Of a stretch of 64,000 nucleotides of DNA, positions 1 to 8,138 are shown piece by piece. The notes beneath the pieces are model-generated. The model made no database searches. It worked only from the letters and a program-made list of their open reading frames with translations, and was not told the origin of the DNA. This stretch comes from a virus, in the IMG/VR virus record IMGVR_UViG_3300044977_000094, positions 1 through 64,000 of that record; one strand, given 5' to 3'. The translations under genes were made by a program, and so were the position numbers. The number at the start of each line of letters is the position of its first letter. Within the stretch, counting starts at the first letter, position 1.

Positions 1-8
1 GGGCGTGT

Positions 9-94
9 TGATGTGGTGTGCGCTCCGCCGCGCTTGAGTGATATGGAGTGCGCTGCCTATTGCATGAGTGATGTGGTCGCCGTACCATATCGAC
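9..94 (+). promoter_or_regulatory. Housekeeping-sigma promoter with overlapping operator-like repeats, upstream of a leaderless cro-like gene
   Basis: TTGCAT(60-65)-N17-TACCAT(83-88), ATG at 95; TGAT(A/G)TGG at 9, 39 and 69, plus reverse CCATATC at 85. Confidence 0.65.
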
Positions 95-349
95 ATGGAA
101 TCGACAGCCGATCGGCTGCGAGCCCGTCTTCGTGTTGTCCAAGCCCTGCCCCCGGTCCAGGAGCGCGCCCCACTGCGCGAACGTGCCGGGCTGTCCCGAG
201 CAGACCTCGCCGCCGCCATCGGCGTCACGGCGGGCGCGGTCTGGCTCTGGGAGAAGGGCAAGCGACAGCCGTCCGGGACGCTGCTGGAGAAGTACCTGGA
301 GGCACTGCGCCTCCTTGAAGAGACCAACCCGGCCCAGGAGGCGTCATGA
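95..349 (+). CDS. Cro/XRE-family helix-turn-helix regulator
   Basis: LRERAGLSRADLAAAIGVTAGAVWLWEKGKRQP HTH; ATGA overlap with the next gene. Confidence 0.85.
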   Translation: MESTADRLRARLRVVQALPPVQERAPLRERAGLSRADLAAAIGVTAGAVWLWEKGKRQPSGTLLEKYLEALRLLEETNPAQEAS

Positions 350-1161
350 ACGACCTGCGCGAGATCATGCCCTTCGATGTCGAAGGCGCGCCGATGCGCT
401 TCGGCATGACCGAGGACGGCACCCCGTTCGTTGCGGCCACCGACTTCGCCAAGGCAATGGGCCACCGCGACGCGGAGAAGGCGACGCGACTACTCGACGA
501 GGTCGAGAAGGGTACCCAGATTGTGGGTACCCCCGGCGGACCCCAGAAGCTCAACGTCATCTACGAGGACGGCATCTGGGAGCTGATCTTCCGCAGCAGC
601 CTGCCCGGTGCCAAGGCGATCAAGGCCCGCGTGAAGGCCATCCTGCGGGAGATCCGCGAGACCGGCCGCTACGAGGCCCCGCTGGACGATCCGCTCGCGG
701 AGATTGAACGGCAGACCCAGCTCACCGTGAGGGCCGTCGAACTGGCCCGCAAGGAACGCGCTGGCCGTGAGATCGCCGAGCAGCAGGTCCGCGAGCTGGA
801 GCCGGCCGCGCACTCCTGGGAGGTGCTGGCGTCGGCCGACGGCGACTACGCAGTCGCGGACGCTGCGAAGATCCTTTCCCGGGATCCGGCGATCAAGCTC
901 GGCCGGGACCGGCTGTTCACGCTGCTACGGGAGTCCGGCTGGGCCTACCGGCAAGGCGTTGATCGCAAGCACCGCGCGAAGCAGTACGCCGTCGACCACG
1001 GATGGCTCTCGGAGATCCCGCAGTCCCACTACCACCCGCGCACCGGCCAGTTGGAGCTCGACGCCCCGCAGGTCCGGGTGACCGTGAAGGGGCTGCACGC
1101 GCTGCACAAGTGCCTCGGGGGAGTCGAGCAGCTTCGCATTCCGCTCGGCAACGCTGCCTGA
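346..1161 (+). CDS. Phage antirepressor (BRO-N plus KilAC/ANT domain)
   Basis: PFVAATDFAKAMGH..TPGGPQ..IYEDGIWELIFRSSLP (BRO-N); YAVADAAKIL..GRDRLFTLLR..VTVKG (ANT). Confidence 0.88.
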   Translation: MNDLREIMPFDVEGAPMRFGMTEDGTPFVAATDFAKAMGHRDAEKATRLLDEVEKGTQIVGTPGGPQKLNVIYEDGIWELIFRSSLPGAKAIKARVKAILREIRETGRYEAPLDDPLAEIERQTQLTVRAVELARKERAGREIAEQQVRELEPAAHSWEVLASADGDYAVADAAKILSRDPAIKLGRDRLFTLLRESGWAYRQGVDRKHRAKQYAVDHGWLSEIPQSHYHPRTGQLELDAPQVRVTVKGLHALHKCLGGVEQLRIPLGNAA

Positions 1162-1200
1162 CTCCCACCCGCCCTCTGCTGATCGACGGAGACCGAGCAC

Positions 1201-2202
1201 GTGAGCTGGCAGGCAGTGGAGTGGGCGATGCGTGATGCTCCGATGCTCCTCACCGACAAAGGCAAGCCGGACACGACGGCCAGGCATGTCCTGGCGGCGC
1301 TTGCCGAGTTCGCTGAAACGGACGGCTCTGAGGCCAGGCCTGCGCTGATAACTCTCCAGCACCGTACCGGCTACGACCGGCGAACCATTCAGCGTGCCCT
1401 GCGGCGCTTGGAGGGCGGTGGCCTGGTCCGGGCTGAGGGGACGAAGTTCGACTGCACGATCTACCGGCTGGCGATGCACCTGATGCGGCCGGCCTCGGAC
1501 ATGGACGATCTGAAGGCGGAGGAGATGCGGCAGAAGGAGGGGGATGCCGAGCGTCAGCGTCGGTCGCGGGCGAAGCGTGTCACGCATGCAAACGACGTGA
1601 CTGTCACGGACGCAGAGTGCGTGACAGTACCGGATGTCACGGACGCAGACGACGTGAGTCACGCATTCTCCGTCCCGACGTCACGCACGCAGAATCCGGA
1701 TGTCACGGACGCAACGCCGCCCAATCCTTCCTTTGATCCCCCCAGGACCCTTCCTCTCTCTCCCGCCGCGGGTCGGGCAGCCGATGCGGCTCGCGCCGTC
1801 ACCGATGAGAGAGAGATCGATGCTTCGCCCGACAACAGCAACAACGACACGGCGAAGGTTGCCGAGGCGTGGTCGGCCGCACGCGGCCGGGGCCGTAACC
1901 CGGCAGCCGAGCAGCGGGTCCGGGAGTCGGCCGCCTTGTTGCTGTCGGTCGGCTGGTCGATCCCGGACGTGATCGCTCTCGCGGAGGACATGGGCGTGCG
2001 TCAGCCGTCTTTCACGGACCTGGCCAAGCACGAGCCGCACTGGCAGCGCCCGGTCGCCGGCGGCGTGGTGCCGCCGAGTCTGCCGCCGTGGTGCACCCGT
2101 TGCGGTGGCGGCTGGGACGCGGCCCGCACGAATCCTCGCTTCCGCAAGACCCCGGACGGGGCACCGTGCCCCGCCTGCCATCCCGACGCCATAGCCGCCT
2201 GA
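1201..2202 (+). CDS. Replication initiator 1 (N-terminal winged HTH, lambda O-like layout)
   Basis: MSWQAVEWA..ARHVLAALAEFA..TGYDRRTIQRALRRLE; internal direct repeats; C-terminal Cys motifs. Confidence 0.72.
   Translation: MSWQAVEWAMRDAPMLLTDKGKPDTTARHVLAALAEFAETDGSEARPALITLQHRTGYDRRTIQRALRRLEGGGLVRAEGTKFDCTIYRLAMHLMRPASDMDDLKAEEMRQKEGDAERQRRSRAKRVTHANDVTVTDAECVTVPDVTDADDVSHAFSVPTSRTQNPDVTDATPPNPSFDPPRTLPLSPAAGRAADAARAVTDEREIDASPDNSNNDTAKVAEAWSAARGRGRNPAAEQRVRESAALLLSVGWSIPDVIALAEDMGVRQPSFTDLAKHEPHWQRPVAGGVVPPSLPPWCTRCGGGWDAARTNPRFRKTPDGAPCPACHPDAIAA
1577..1715 (+). repeat. Iteron cluster (putative origin 1)
   Basis: TGTCACGGACGCA at 1602, 1635 and 1701, plus GTCACGCA variants and inverted CGTGAC copies. 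Confidence 0.7.
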
Positions 2203-2222
2203 CCCACACCCGAAGGAGCAGC

Positions 2223-2666
2223 ATGACCGCCGCCATCCGTTTCGCCACTACCTACGCTGTCCTGACCGCATCTCACGAGGTCGCGGACCACTGGGTCCAG
2301 GTCGACTCCCAGGCGACCGCCAAGGGCACACCGGGCCCGGTTGGGGCCAAGGCGTGCGCCAGGCACGTCGCCTCGTATAGCGCCACGCAAGGGCTCGCGC
2401 TGCTGGTCGCCGACCGGCTGCTCGGGTTGGGCCTGAGTCCGCGCCGGGCAGTTGCGGCGCTCGCCGTTTCCGCGGTCACGCACTACGTCGCCGACCGGCA
2501 GGGCGGTCACTGGCGCGACGAGCACCCCCGCGGGATCGTCCGGCTCGCTGCTGCGACCGGGCACGCGGGGTGGTTGAAGCGGGATCCGGGCAGCGGCTAT
2601 CTGATGGATCAGGCGTGGCACAAGGGGTGGATCGCCGTCGCCGCGATGGTGGCAGCCGGGGGCTGA
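2223..2666 (+). CDS. DUF3307-like membrane protein
   Basis: HEVADHWVQ, HYVADR and DQAWH motifs; hydrophobic helices; GAAGGAG RBS. Confidence 0.6.
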   Translation: MTAAIRFATTYAVLTASHEVADHWVQVDSQATAKGTPGPVGAKACARHVASYSATQGLALLVADRLLGLGLSPRRAVAALAVSAVTHYVADRQGGHWRDEHPRGIVRLAAATGHAGWLKRDPGSGYLMDQAWHKGWIAVAAMVAAGG

Positions 2667-2730
2667 TCCACCACCTGACCGCCCTCTGCTGCCCGGCCGG
2701 AAGGCCGGGCAGCCCAACCGAAGGAGCAGC

Positions 2731-3240
2731 ATGACTCTCACTCTCGCCCAGGTCGACGCGATCGCCGCCGAGGCCCACGCCGGCCAGTTGGACAAGATCG
2801 GCGTCCCGTACATCGAACACCCGCGCGCTGTCGCCGCCGGGCTCGCCCCGTTCGGGGTGGGCATGCAGATGGCCGGGCTGCTGCACGACGTGCTGGAGGA
2901 CACGGAGGTGACGGCGGAGCAGCTGGTCCGTGCGGGCGTGCCCTGGACCGTCGTGACGATCGTTCGGCGGGTCACTAACCGTCCCGGCGCCTCGTATGCG
3001 GCGATGCTCGACGGGATCTCCATGGAGTACTGCGCCTGCCTGGTGAAGATCAGCGACAACGCGCACAACAGCCACCCCGACCGGAGCGCCCAGCTTCCTG
3101 AGGACAAGCGGGCTCGGCTTGCCGCGAAGTACTCGCACGCTCGCAGCATCCTGTGGGCCGCCGTGCCCCGCGAGGACGTCGCCACCGTCCTGCGGATCGT
3201 CAACCCGAGCCTGCTCGGTGAGCTGGAGAACCTGAAGTGA
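2731..3240 (+). CDS. HD-domain phosphohydrolase (RelA/SpoT hydrolase or Mesh1-like)
   Basis: AHAGQ.DK.G.PYIEHP, LLHDVLEDT, LVKISDNAHN. Confidence 0.82.
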   Translation: MTLTLAQVDAIAAEAHAGQLDKIGVPYIEHPRAVAAGLAPFGVGMQMAGLLHDVLEDTEVTAEQLVRAGVPWTVVTIVRRVTNRPGASYAAMLDGISMEYCACLVKISDNAHNSHPDRSAQLPEDKRARLAAKYSHARSILWAAVPREDVATVLRIVNPSLLGELENLK

Positions 3241-3560
3241 GCATCCCCGAACCCACCCCCACCAACGACCGCGGCTTCCTGGCCTACGCGGGTGGCCCGA
3301 TCACCACCGACTACGGCCACGAGGTCAGCGTGTATGAGTCGTCGGCCGCCAGCGGGCCGCACGCCTGGCTGAAGATCAGCGACAGTCCCCGCGTCGACGG
3401 CCGCAACGCGCACCTGTCGCTGGCGCAGGCCATTACGATCCGCGCCGCCCTGGACCAGTTCATCGAGGGCGTGCCGGAGCGGTGGGATCGCGGTGCTGAG
3501 CTGCTGGACGAGGCCCGGCGTGAGGTCTTCGGCGATGCGGCTGCGAGCGAGGCCGACTGA
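3237..3560 (+). CDS. Hypothetical phage protein
   Basis: Coupled ORF (GTGA overlap), plausible composition. Confidence 0.65.
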   Translation: MSIPEPTPTNDRGFLAYAGGPITTDYGHEVSVYESSAASGPHAWLKISDSPRVDGRNAHLSLAQAITIRAALDQFIEGVPERWDRGAELLDEARREVFGDAAASEAD

Positions 3561-3829
3561 TGGTGATGCAGCCCCGCACCAGCCACCGCGTCTCTGGGCC
3601 CGTCCTGTGGGCGGCGCTGGACCGACGACGCACGGAGCTCGGCATCTCATGGCGTGAGGTTGCCCGGCAGACCGGCTGCACGACCGGGAGCCTGTTCACG
3701 CGCATGCAGCGCGACGACCTCGGTTTGCATGCCGACACCCTCGTGTCGCTGCTCGCGTGGATCGGCTATGGGGTGCCGCTGTACGGGCTGATCGAGAGGG
3801 TTGGGCGGGGCGACCGGGATACGGCCTGA
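3560..3829 (+). CDS. Small HTH DNA-binding protein
   Basis: ALDRRRTELGISWREVARQTG. Confidence 0.65.
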   Translation: MVMQPRTSHRVSGPVLWAALDRRRTELGISWREVARQTGCTTGSLFTRMQRDDLGLHADTLVSLLAWIGYGVPLYGLIERVGRGDRDTA

Positions 3830-3942
3830 CCTGCGCAAAGTCTCCACGTCGGCTTATGCCGTACGGGCCCTGGCGGGGCGTTAGAAGTGGGAGACTGGGA
3901 ACCACCATATTTGCGGATCAACTACCGTGAAAGGTAACCCTC

Positions 3943-4137
3943 ATGAGCACTGAACTCACCCCGCAGGAACGAGTCGACGCCGAAGCCCTCCTCGACCTCA
4001 TCGGCGACGACGAGCCGTGCGGCGAGAACTCCTGCCACTGCCACTGCACCGGCGGCCACGTATGCGGCTGCGACTGCTGGCGATGCGACCAGTGCCAGCA
4101 GACCGCCGACCACTGCCAGTGCGACGAGGAGGACTGA
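3943..4137 (+). CDS. Cys/His-rich mini-protein (metallothionein-like composition)
   Basis: 11 Cys in the C-terminal ~37 aa; AAAGG RBS. Confidence 0.6.
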   Translation: MSTELTPQERVDAEALLDLIGDDEPCGENSCHCHCTGGHVCGCDCWRCDQCQQTADHCQCDEED

Positions 4138-4139
4138 CC

Positions 4140-4313
4140 ATGCTCAACCTCGACCCGATCGACCGCATGCTGCTGGTCGACAGCCTGGAGATCGCCCTCG
4201 ACGGCGGCTGCGGCTTGTGCGACACCGAGCGGCTGCACCTGTGCGCCGGCTGCGGACTGTGCCGCTGCTATGACCACGACACCTGCTCGCGGCCCACGGA
4301 GACCCCGTCATGA
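4140..4313 (+). CDS. Small Cys-rich protein
   Basis: MLNLDPID..CGLC..CAGCGLCRC; GGAGG RBS. Confidence 0.55.
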   Translation: MLNLDPIDRMLLVDSLEIALDGGCGLCDTERLHLCAGCGLCRCYDHDTCSRPTETPS

Positions 4314-4792
4314 TCGGCTGTGCTGGTGACCCGCGCACCACCCTCACCCCCGGCGACCAGGCCGAGGTGGAACCCGAGTCGCTCGACGCCAAGGCTGAGC
4401 GTCAGTACCGCGTGCAGGCAGCCGAGCACGCCGACTGCCCGTTCTGCCAGATCGTTGCCGGGCTCGCGCCGGCGACGGTGGTCCGCGAGTGGCCGGACGC
4501 CTTGGCGTTCTTCCCGCTGCATCCGGTCGTTGACGGCCACACGCTGGTGATCCCCAAGCAGCACGTCGCCGACTTCGCGACAGATCCTGAGGCGTCGGCG
4601 GTGGCGAATCGCCGGATCGCCGAGCTGATGCGGTGGACCAATCGGCCCATGAACGTGATCACCTCGCGCGGCAGGGAAGCGACGCAGAGTGTGTTCCACG
4701 CCCACTGGCATTTGGTGCCCCGTGCGGAGAACGACGGGCTGGCGCTGCCCTGGTACAGCGGGAAGAGCAAGCGGAAGGATCACCATGCCTGA
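4310..4792 (+). CDS. HIT-family nucleotide hydrolase
   Basis: DCPFCQI, GHTLVIPK.H and QSVFHAHWHLVPR histidine triad. Confidence 0.9.
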   Translation: MIGCAGDPRTTLTPGDQAEVEPESLDAKAERQYRVQAAEHADCPFCQIVAGLAPATVVREWPDALAFFPLHPVVDGHTLVIPKQHVADFATDPEASAVANRRIAELMRWTNRPMNVITSRGREATQSVFHAHWHLVPRAENDGLALPWYSGKSKRKDHHA

Positions 4793-5219
4793 GTCGCCGG
4801 AGATCGCCGCGCTGGCCAAGCAGGCCCGCGACGGAATGGACGCCGACGAGCGGATCCTCATGGCCGTGTCCAACGGCCCGAACCGTCCCGAGAAGTGGAC
4901 TGCTGTCGAACGGTCGTACAGCGAGATCCGGCGCTGGCACGTGGATGGCCAGCCCTCCAACGTGGCGAGCGGGATGTTCGCTGGGGATGCCGCCCATATC
5001 GCCCGCCACGACCCGCACCGGATCCTGGCCGACGTGGCGGCGCGGCGGACCCTGCTGGACGATGCGCTCGCGTGGAGGCACGGCCTTGTCCGCTGGGACC
5101 ACGACCGTGTCCTTGCCTGCGATTCGGTGCTCGGCAAGCCCTGCGACTGCGGCCGTGACGCGCGTGTCCGGGCCGTGCTGACCGCACTCGCCACGCCCTA
5201 CCAGGAGGAAGCCTCATGA
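4785..5219 (+). CDS. DUF6221-like phage protein
   Basis: HIARHDPHRILADVAARRTLL..LTALATPY. Confidence 0.65.
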   Translation: MPESPEIAALAKQARDGMDADERILMAVSNGPNRPEKWTAVERSYSEIRRWHVDGQPSNVASGMFAGDAAHIARHDPHRILADVAARRTLLDDALAWRHGLVRWDHDRVLACDSVLGKPCDCGRDARVRAVLTALATPYQEEAS

Positions 5220-5530
5220 GCCACGTCACTGACCTCGTGTTCATCACCCCCAACGCCGACTGGGTCGACTGCGAGACCCGCTGCCTGCGATTCGAGGCCA
5301 GCTTCCTCGCCGCACACGGCCACGAGATCGTCGCGACCCAGGGCCAGGGGAAAGCCATGTCCACGGCGGTGTACGTCGCCGGCGTGAACTGGATCAACCA
5401 GGAGTGGATCGAGTCCGTCCTGGCCGACGACTGGCCCAAGGGCACCGTGCTGTGGCTCGACATCGAGGGCCTGATGGACCAGCCCAGCGAACGCGTCGTG
5501 CACCAGCTCGGCCCGAAGGGCCTGCGGTGA
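5216..5530 (+). CDS. Hypothetical protein
   Basis: Coupled ORF with RBS. Confidence 0.6.
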   Translation: MSHVTDLVFITPNADWVDCETRCLRFEASFLAAHGHEIVATQGQGKAMSTAVYVAGVNWINQEWIESVLADDWPKGTVLWLDIEGLMDQPSERVVHQLGPKGLR

Positions 5531-5669
5531 CTCACCACCGGGCCCTGTATCGCACTGGCCGTCACGGTTGCTGGGCGTCGTGCTGCTGCGGCTGGGTCGG
5601 CCAGCGGCGTTGGACCACGCCGGTCGGGGCGCACCTGGAGTTCGGGCGGCACCTGATCAAGGAGGCGCG

Positions 5670-5879
5670 ATGACCCCGCTGTTGACTGCTGCTGCAACGC
5701 TGGCCGCCGTCCTGGTCGGCTACGGCCTGCTGGCCCTGCGGTTCTGGCTCGCCGAGCGTGCTGACGACCGCGCCTGGCAACAGGCATGGGACGCCGTCGC
5801 CCAGCGCTACGACCTGTGGACCGACACCGAAGGCCGCCAGTGGGCCACCGAGAAGCCCGGATGGAGGGCGACCCCGTGA
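5670..5879 (+). CDS. Small membrane protein
   Basis: MTPLLTAAATLAAVLVGYGLLAL hydrophobic segment; AAGGAGG RBS. Confidence 0.55.
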   Translation: MTPLLTAAATLAAVLVGYGLLALRFWLAERADDRAWQQAWDAVAQRYDLWTDTEGRQWATEKPGWRATP

Positions 5880-6042
5880 CCCCGTTCGAGCAGGCTGCCG
5901 CGGACATAGCCTCCCGCTTCGCGCACGGCCACGACGAGCTGGTTACCGGCTGCGCCCTGTGCAACGCCGAGTACGACGCCGTGGTGGCACTCAGCCACGA
6001 GCACTGCGAATGCCCCAGCTGCCCGGACAAGGAGGGGCCAGA

Positions 6043-6327
6043 GTGACCGACGACGTGGAGATGAGGGGTGTTCCCGAGGGTTACTCGGAGATCCGCCTCG
6101 GGATGTCGAACTTCGATCACACGATCGACGACGGCTTCGAGGAGCGGCTGCGGGCCGAGCAGGTCTGGGGGCGTCATGCGGCGATGAACTTCAACGGCCG
6201 CGTGTGGTTCGAGGGCGGCATGTTCCACGAGCAGGTCTGGCGCTACGGCACGCCGAGGGCCAGCTACTCGGCATCGACCCTTGCGGGGCTCATGGAGATG
6301 GTCAGCGACAGATACGGATGGGAGTAG
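6043..6327 (+). CDS. Hypothetical protein
   Basis: GTG start after AAGGAGG; globular composition. Confidence 0.6.
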   Translation: MTDDVEMRGVPEGYSEIRLGMSNFDHTIDDGFEERLRAEQVWGRHAAMNFNGRVWFEGGMFHEQVWRYGTPRASYSASTLAGLMEMVSDRYGWE

Positions 6328-6329
6328 CC

Positions 6330-6968
6330 GTGACCGACGACCCTGATGTGATCACCTGCGGTCCGATGCCGGGGCGCCCAGGCGAGGTGCTGCTGCACCT
6401 GCCGTACGTGGCCTACCTCGACACGCAGGCCGGACCGGTAGAGGTGGGACTGGACCGGGAGCAGCTGCCGGAACTCCTCGCCGCAGTCCGGGCCGCGCTC
6501 GGCGCGCCGGAGTTTCCGCTGCCGATCCGCCCGGACGGCACGCACGCCTACGTGTCCACGTACTGCGTGCACGGTGACCACGCGGCCTGCCGCAGAACGT
6601 GCAAGACCTGCGCCAGCAGCTGCCTCTGCCCCTGCGGCCACCCGAAGCCCGAACCGTACTGCGGCTACGACTACCACGACATGTCCGAAGAGGAGCGCTG
6701 CGGCATCGCCTGCATGTGCCAGCCCCATGCAGTCGGCGAAGCCTGCAACTGCCCCGAGGGCTGCCCGACGCACAACCACGGTGGCCCGGACGTCGTCAAA
6801 GGGTCGATCGGCGGACGAGCGACCGACCCGGAGGTGACCGACGACGACCGATGCCCGGTGTGCGGGTGCGTCGTCGGGCCGGACTGCGAGGCATGCGAAC
6901 GGGACTGCCGCGCTCCCGTGCCGGCGCCGGTTGCCGGGGTGGCAACGAGCGAGGAGCGGTCATGCTGA
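6330..6968 (+). CDS. Cys-rich multi-zinc-finger-like protein
   Basis: About 20 Cys in CxC/CxxC clusters. Confidence 0.55.
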   Translation: MTDDPDVITCGPMPGRPGEVLLHLPYVAYLDTQAGPVEVGLDREQLPELLAAVRAALGAPEFPLPIRPDGTHAYVSTYCVHGDHAACRRTCKTCASSCLCPCGHPKPEPYCGYDYHDMSEEERCGIACMCQPHAVGEACNCPEGCPTHNHGGPDVVKGSIGGRATDPEVTDDDRCPVCGCVVGPDCEACERDCRAPVPAPVAGVATSEERSC

Positions 6969-7198
6969 GCCGACTGCGGAGCGAGTGGCAAGGCTGGCGG
7001 ATCCGCAAGCGCGGGGATATCGACCTTGACATGGATGATCCCTATGGGCGCATGTACATGACCCGGTCACAGGTTGCCGACCTGCGCGTAGCGGTGGCCC
7101 AGTCCGGCGTCGACACCCCTGGCTGCGACTGCGGCCACGACGGCATGGGCGTGTCCTGGCATGGCGGAGAGTGCACGTGGAAGGCGGGGCGGCGGTGA
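6962..7198 (+). CDS. Hypothetical protein
   Basis: RBS GAGGAG; in operon. Confidence 0.5.
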   Translation: MLSRLRSEWQGWRIRKRGDIDLDMDDPYGRMYMTRSQVADLRVAVAQSGVDTPGCDCGHDGMGVSWHGGECTWKAGRR

Positions 7199-7383
7199 GC
7201 GGGCGGAGCATCGACGAGCCGCTGGAGACGGTGACGCTACCCACGACCGACCTAGATCACCTGCTGGCCGTGGCGACCCTGTACCTGGAGTCGTTCGGGC
7301 CGGAGGAGAAGTTCAGCCTGGGCGGCCTGATGTCCTTGCAGGAGATTGAGGCTGTGGTGGAGCGCTATGGGCGCCGCTACTGA
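7195..7383 (+). CDS. Hypothetical protein
   Basis: GTGA-coupled ORF. Confidence 0.5.
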   Translation: MSGRSIDEPLETVTLPTTDLDHLLAVATLYLESFGPEEKFSLGGLMSLQEIEAVVERYGRRY

Positions 7384-7552
7384 CCCGCGGACGGCTCCGG
7401 CGGCCAAGCCTCGCCTGGTGCGCTGTCGCCGCTGTCACCGCCCGCTGACGGATCCTGACGCGCGTGCCCGTGAGATTGGCGACGAGTGCGCGGAGGCTGA
7501 GTTCCGGGCCCGCCTGGGTGGGATTGAGCAGGAGCCGCTACCGGGCCTGTGA
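7367..7552 (+). CDS. DUF6011-like zinc-binding protein
   Basis: CRRCHRPLTDPDARAREIGDEC. Confidence 0.7.
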   Translation: MGAATDPRTAPAAKPRLVRCRRCHRPLTDPDARAREIGDECAEAEFRARLGGIEQEPLPGL

Positions 7553-7587
7553 CCTGCACTGGTACGGAGTCCTCCGTAGTGGCATCT

Positions 7588-7603
7588 TCGAACACATGTC
7601 CGA
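7588..7603. promoter_or_regulatory. LexA (SOS) box-like operator overlapping a start codon
   Basis: TCGAAC-ACAT-GTCCGA, one mismatch to actinobacterial TCGAAC-N4-GTTCGA. Confidence 0.65.
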
Positions 7604-7970
7604 ACCGCCCGAGAGCTGGCCCCCCGGTGTCCCCACCCCGGACACCCCCGGCTGGACCCGGCACGCCCTCGAATACATCGCCTCCACCCAGCCCCAGCAC
7701 ACGTGGCGCCACACGGTTCTCTCCCTACGGCCGTGGCTCCTCGCCGCGGACTCCTGCCTCACCCTGCGCCGCGACTTGGAAGACCTGCGCGCCTCCTACC
7801 GGCACGCCCGCACCCACTACGAGTCGTTCCTCGGGCCGGCTGGGCTAGCGGACTACCTAGCGCTGCACACCCAGCGGGCGGCGCGGCTGGAGCAGATCCT
7901 GAAGCACACGGTGGCGCTGGAGGAGGCGTTCGCGAAGGAAGCCAGCCGACGCGGGACGGACGGGGGCTGA
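7596..7970 (+). CDS. Hypothetical protein, putatively SOS-regulated
   Basis: ATG lies inside the LexA-like box; WPPGVPTP..helical protein. Confidence 0.6.
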   Translation: MSEPPESWPPGVPTPDTPGWTRHALEYIASTQPQHTWRHTVLSLRPWLLAADSCLTLRRDLEDLRASYRHARTHYESFLGPAGLADYLALHTQRAARLEQILKHTVALEEAFAKEASRRGTDGG

Positions 7971-7988
7971 CCTGCGGTGGCGCGGGAC

Positions 7989-8010
7989 TGTCAGTGGCGG
8001 GTCGTAGCGT
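7989..8010 (+). promoter_or_regulatory. PafBC/RecA-NDp-like DNA-damage promoter
   Basis: TGTCAG-N10-TAGCGT matches TGTCRG-N10-TAnnnT. Confidence 0.55.
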
Positions 8011-8138
8011 CAATGGTGCGCACCCCGGCCGACAGGCAGTCGACCCTGGAACCTGCGCGCAGGCGGCGGCCGGACCGATGCACGGGAACGGCCGCCGCTT
8101 CCCATTTCGTCGCTGAGCGTGACCGAGGAGCGGGGAAG

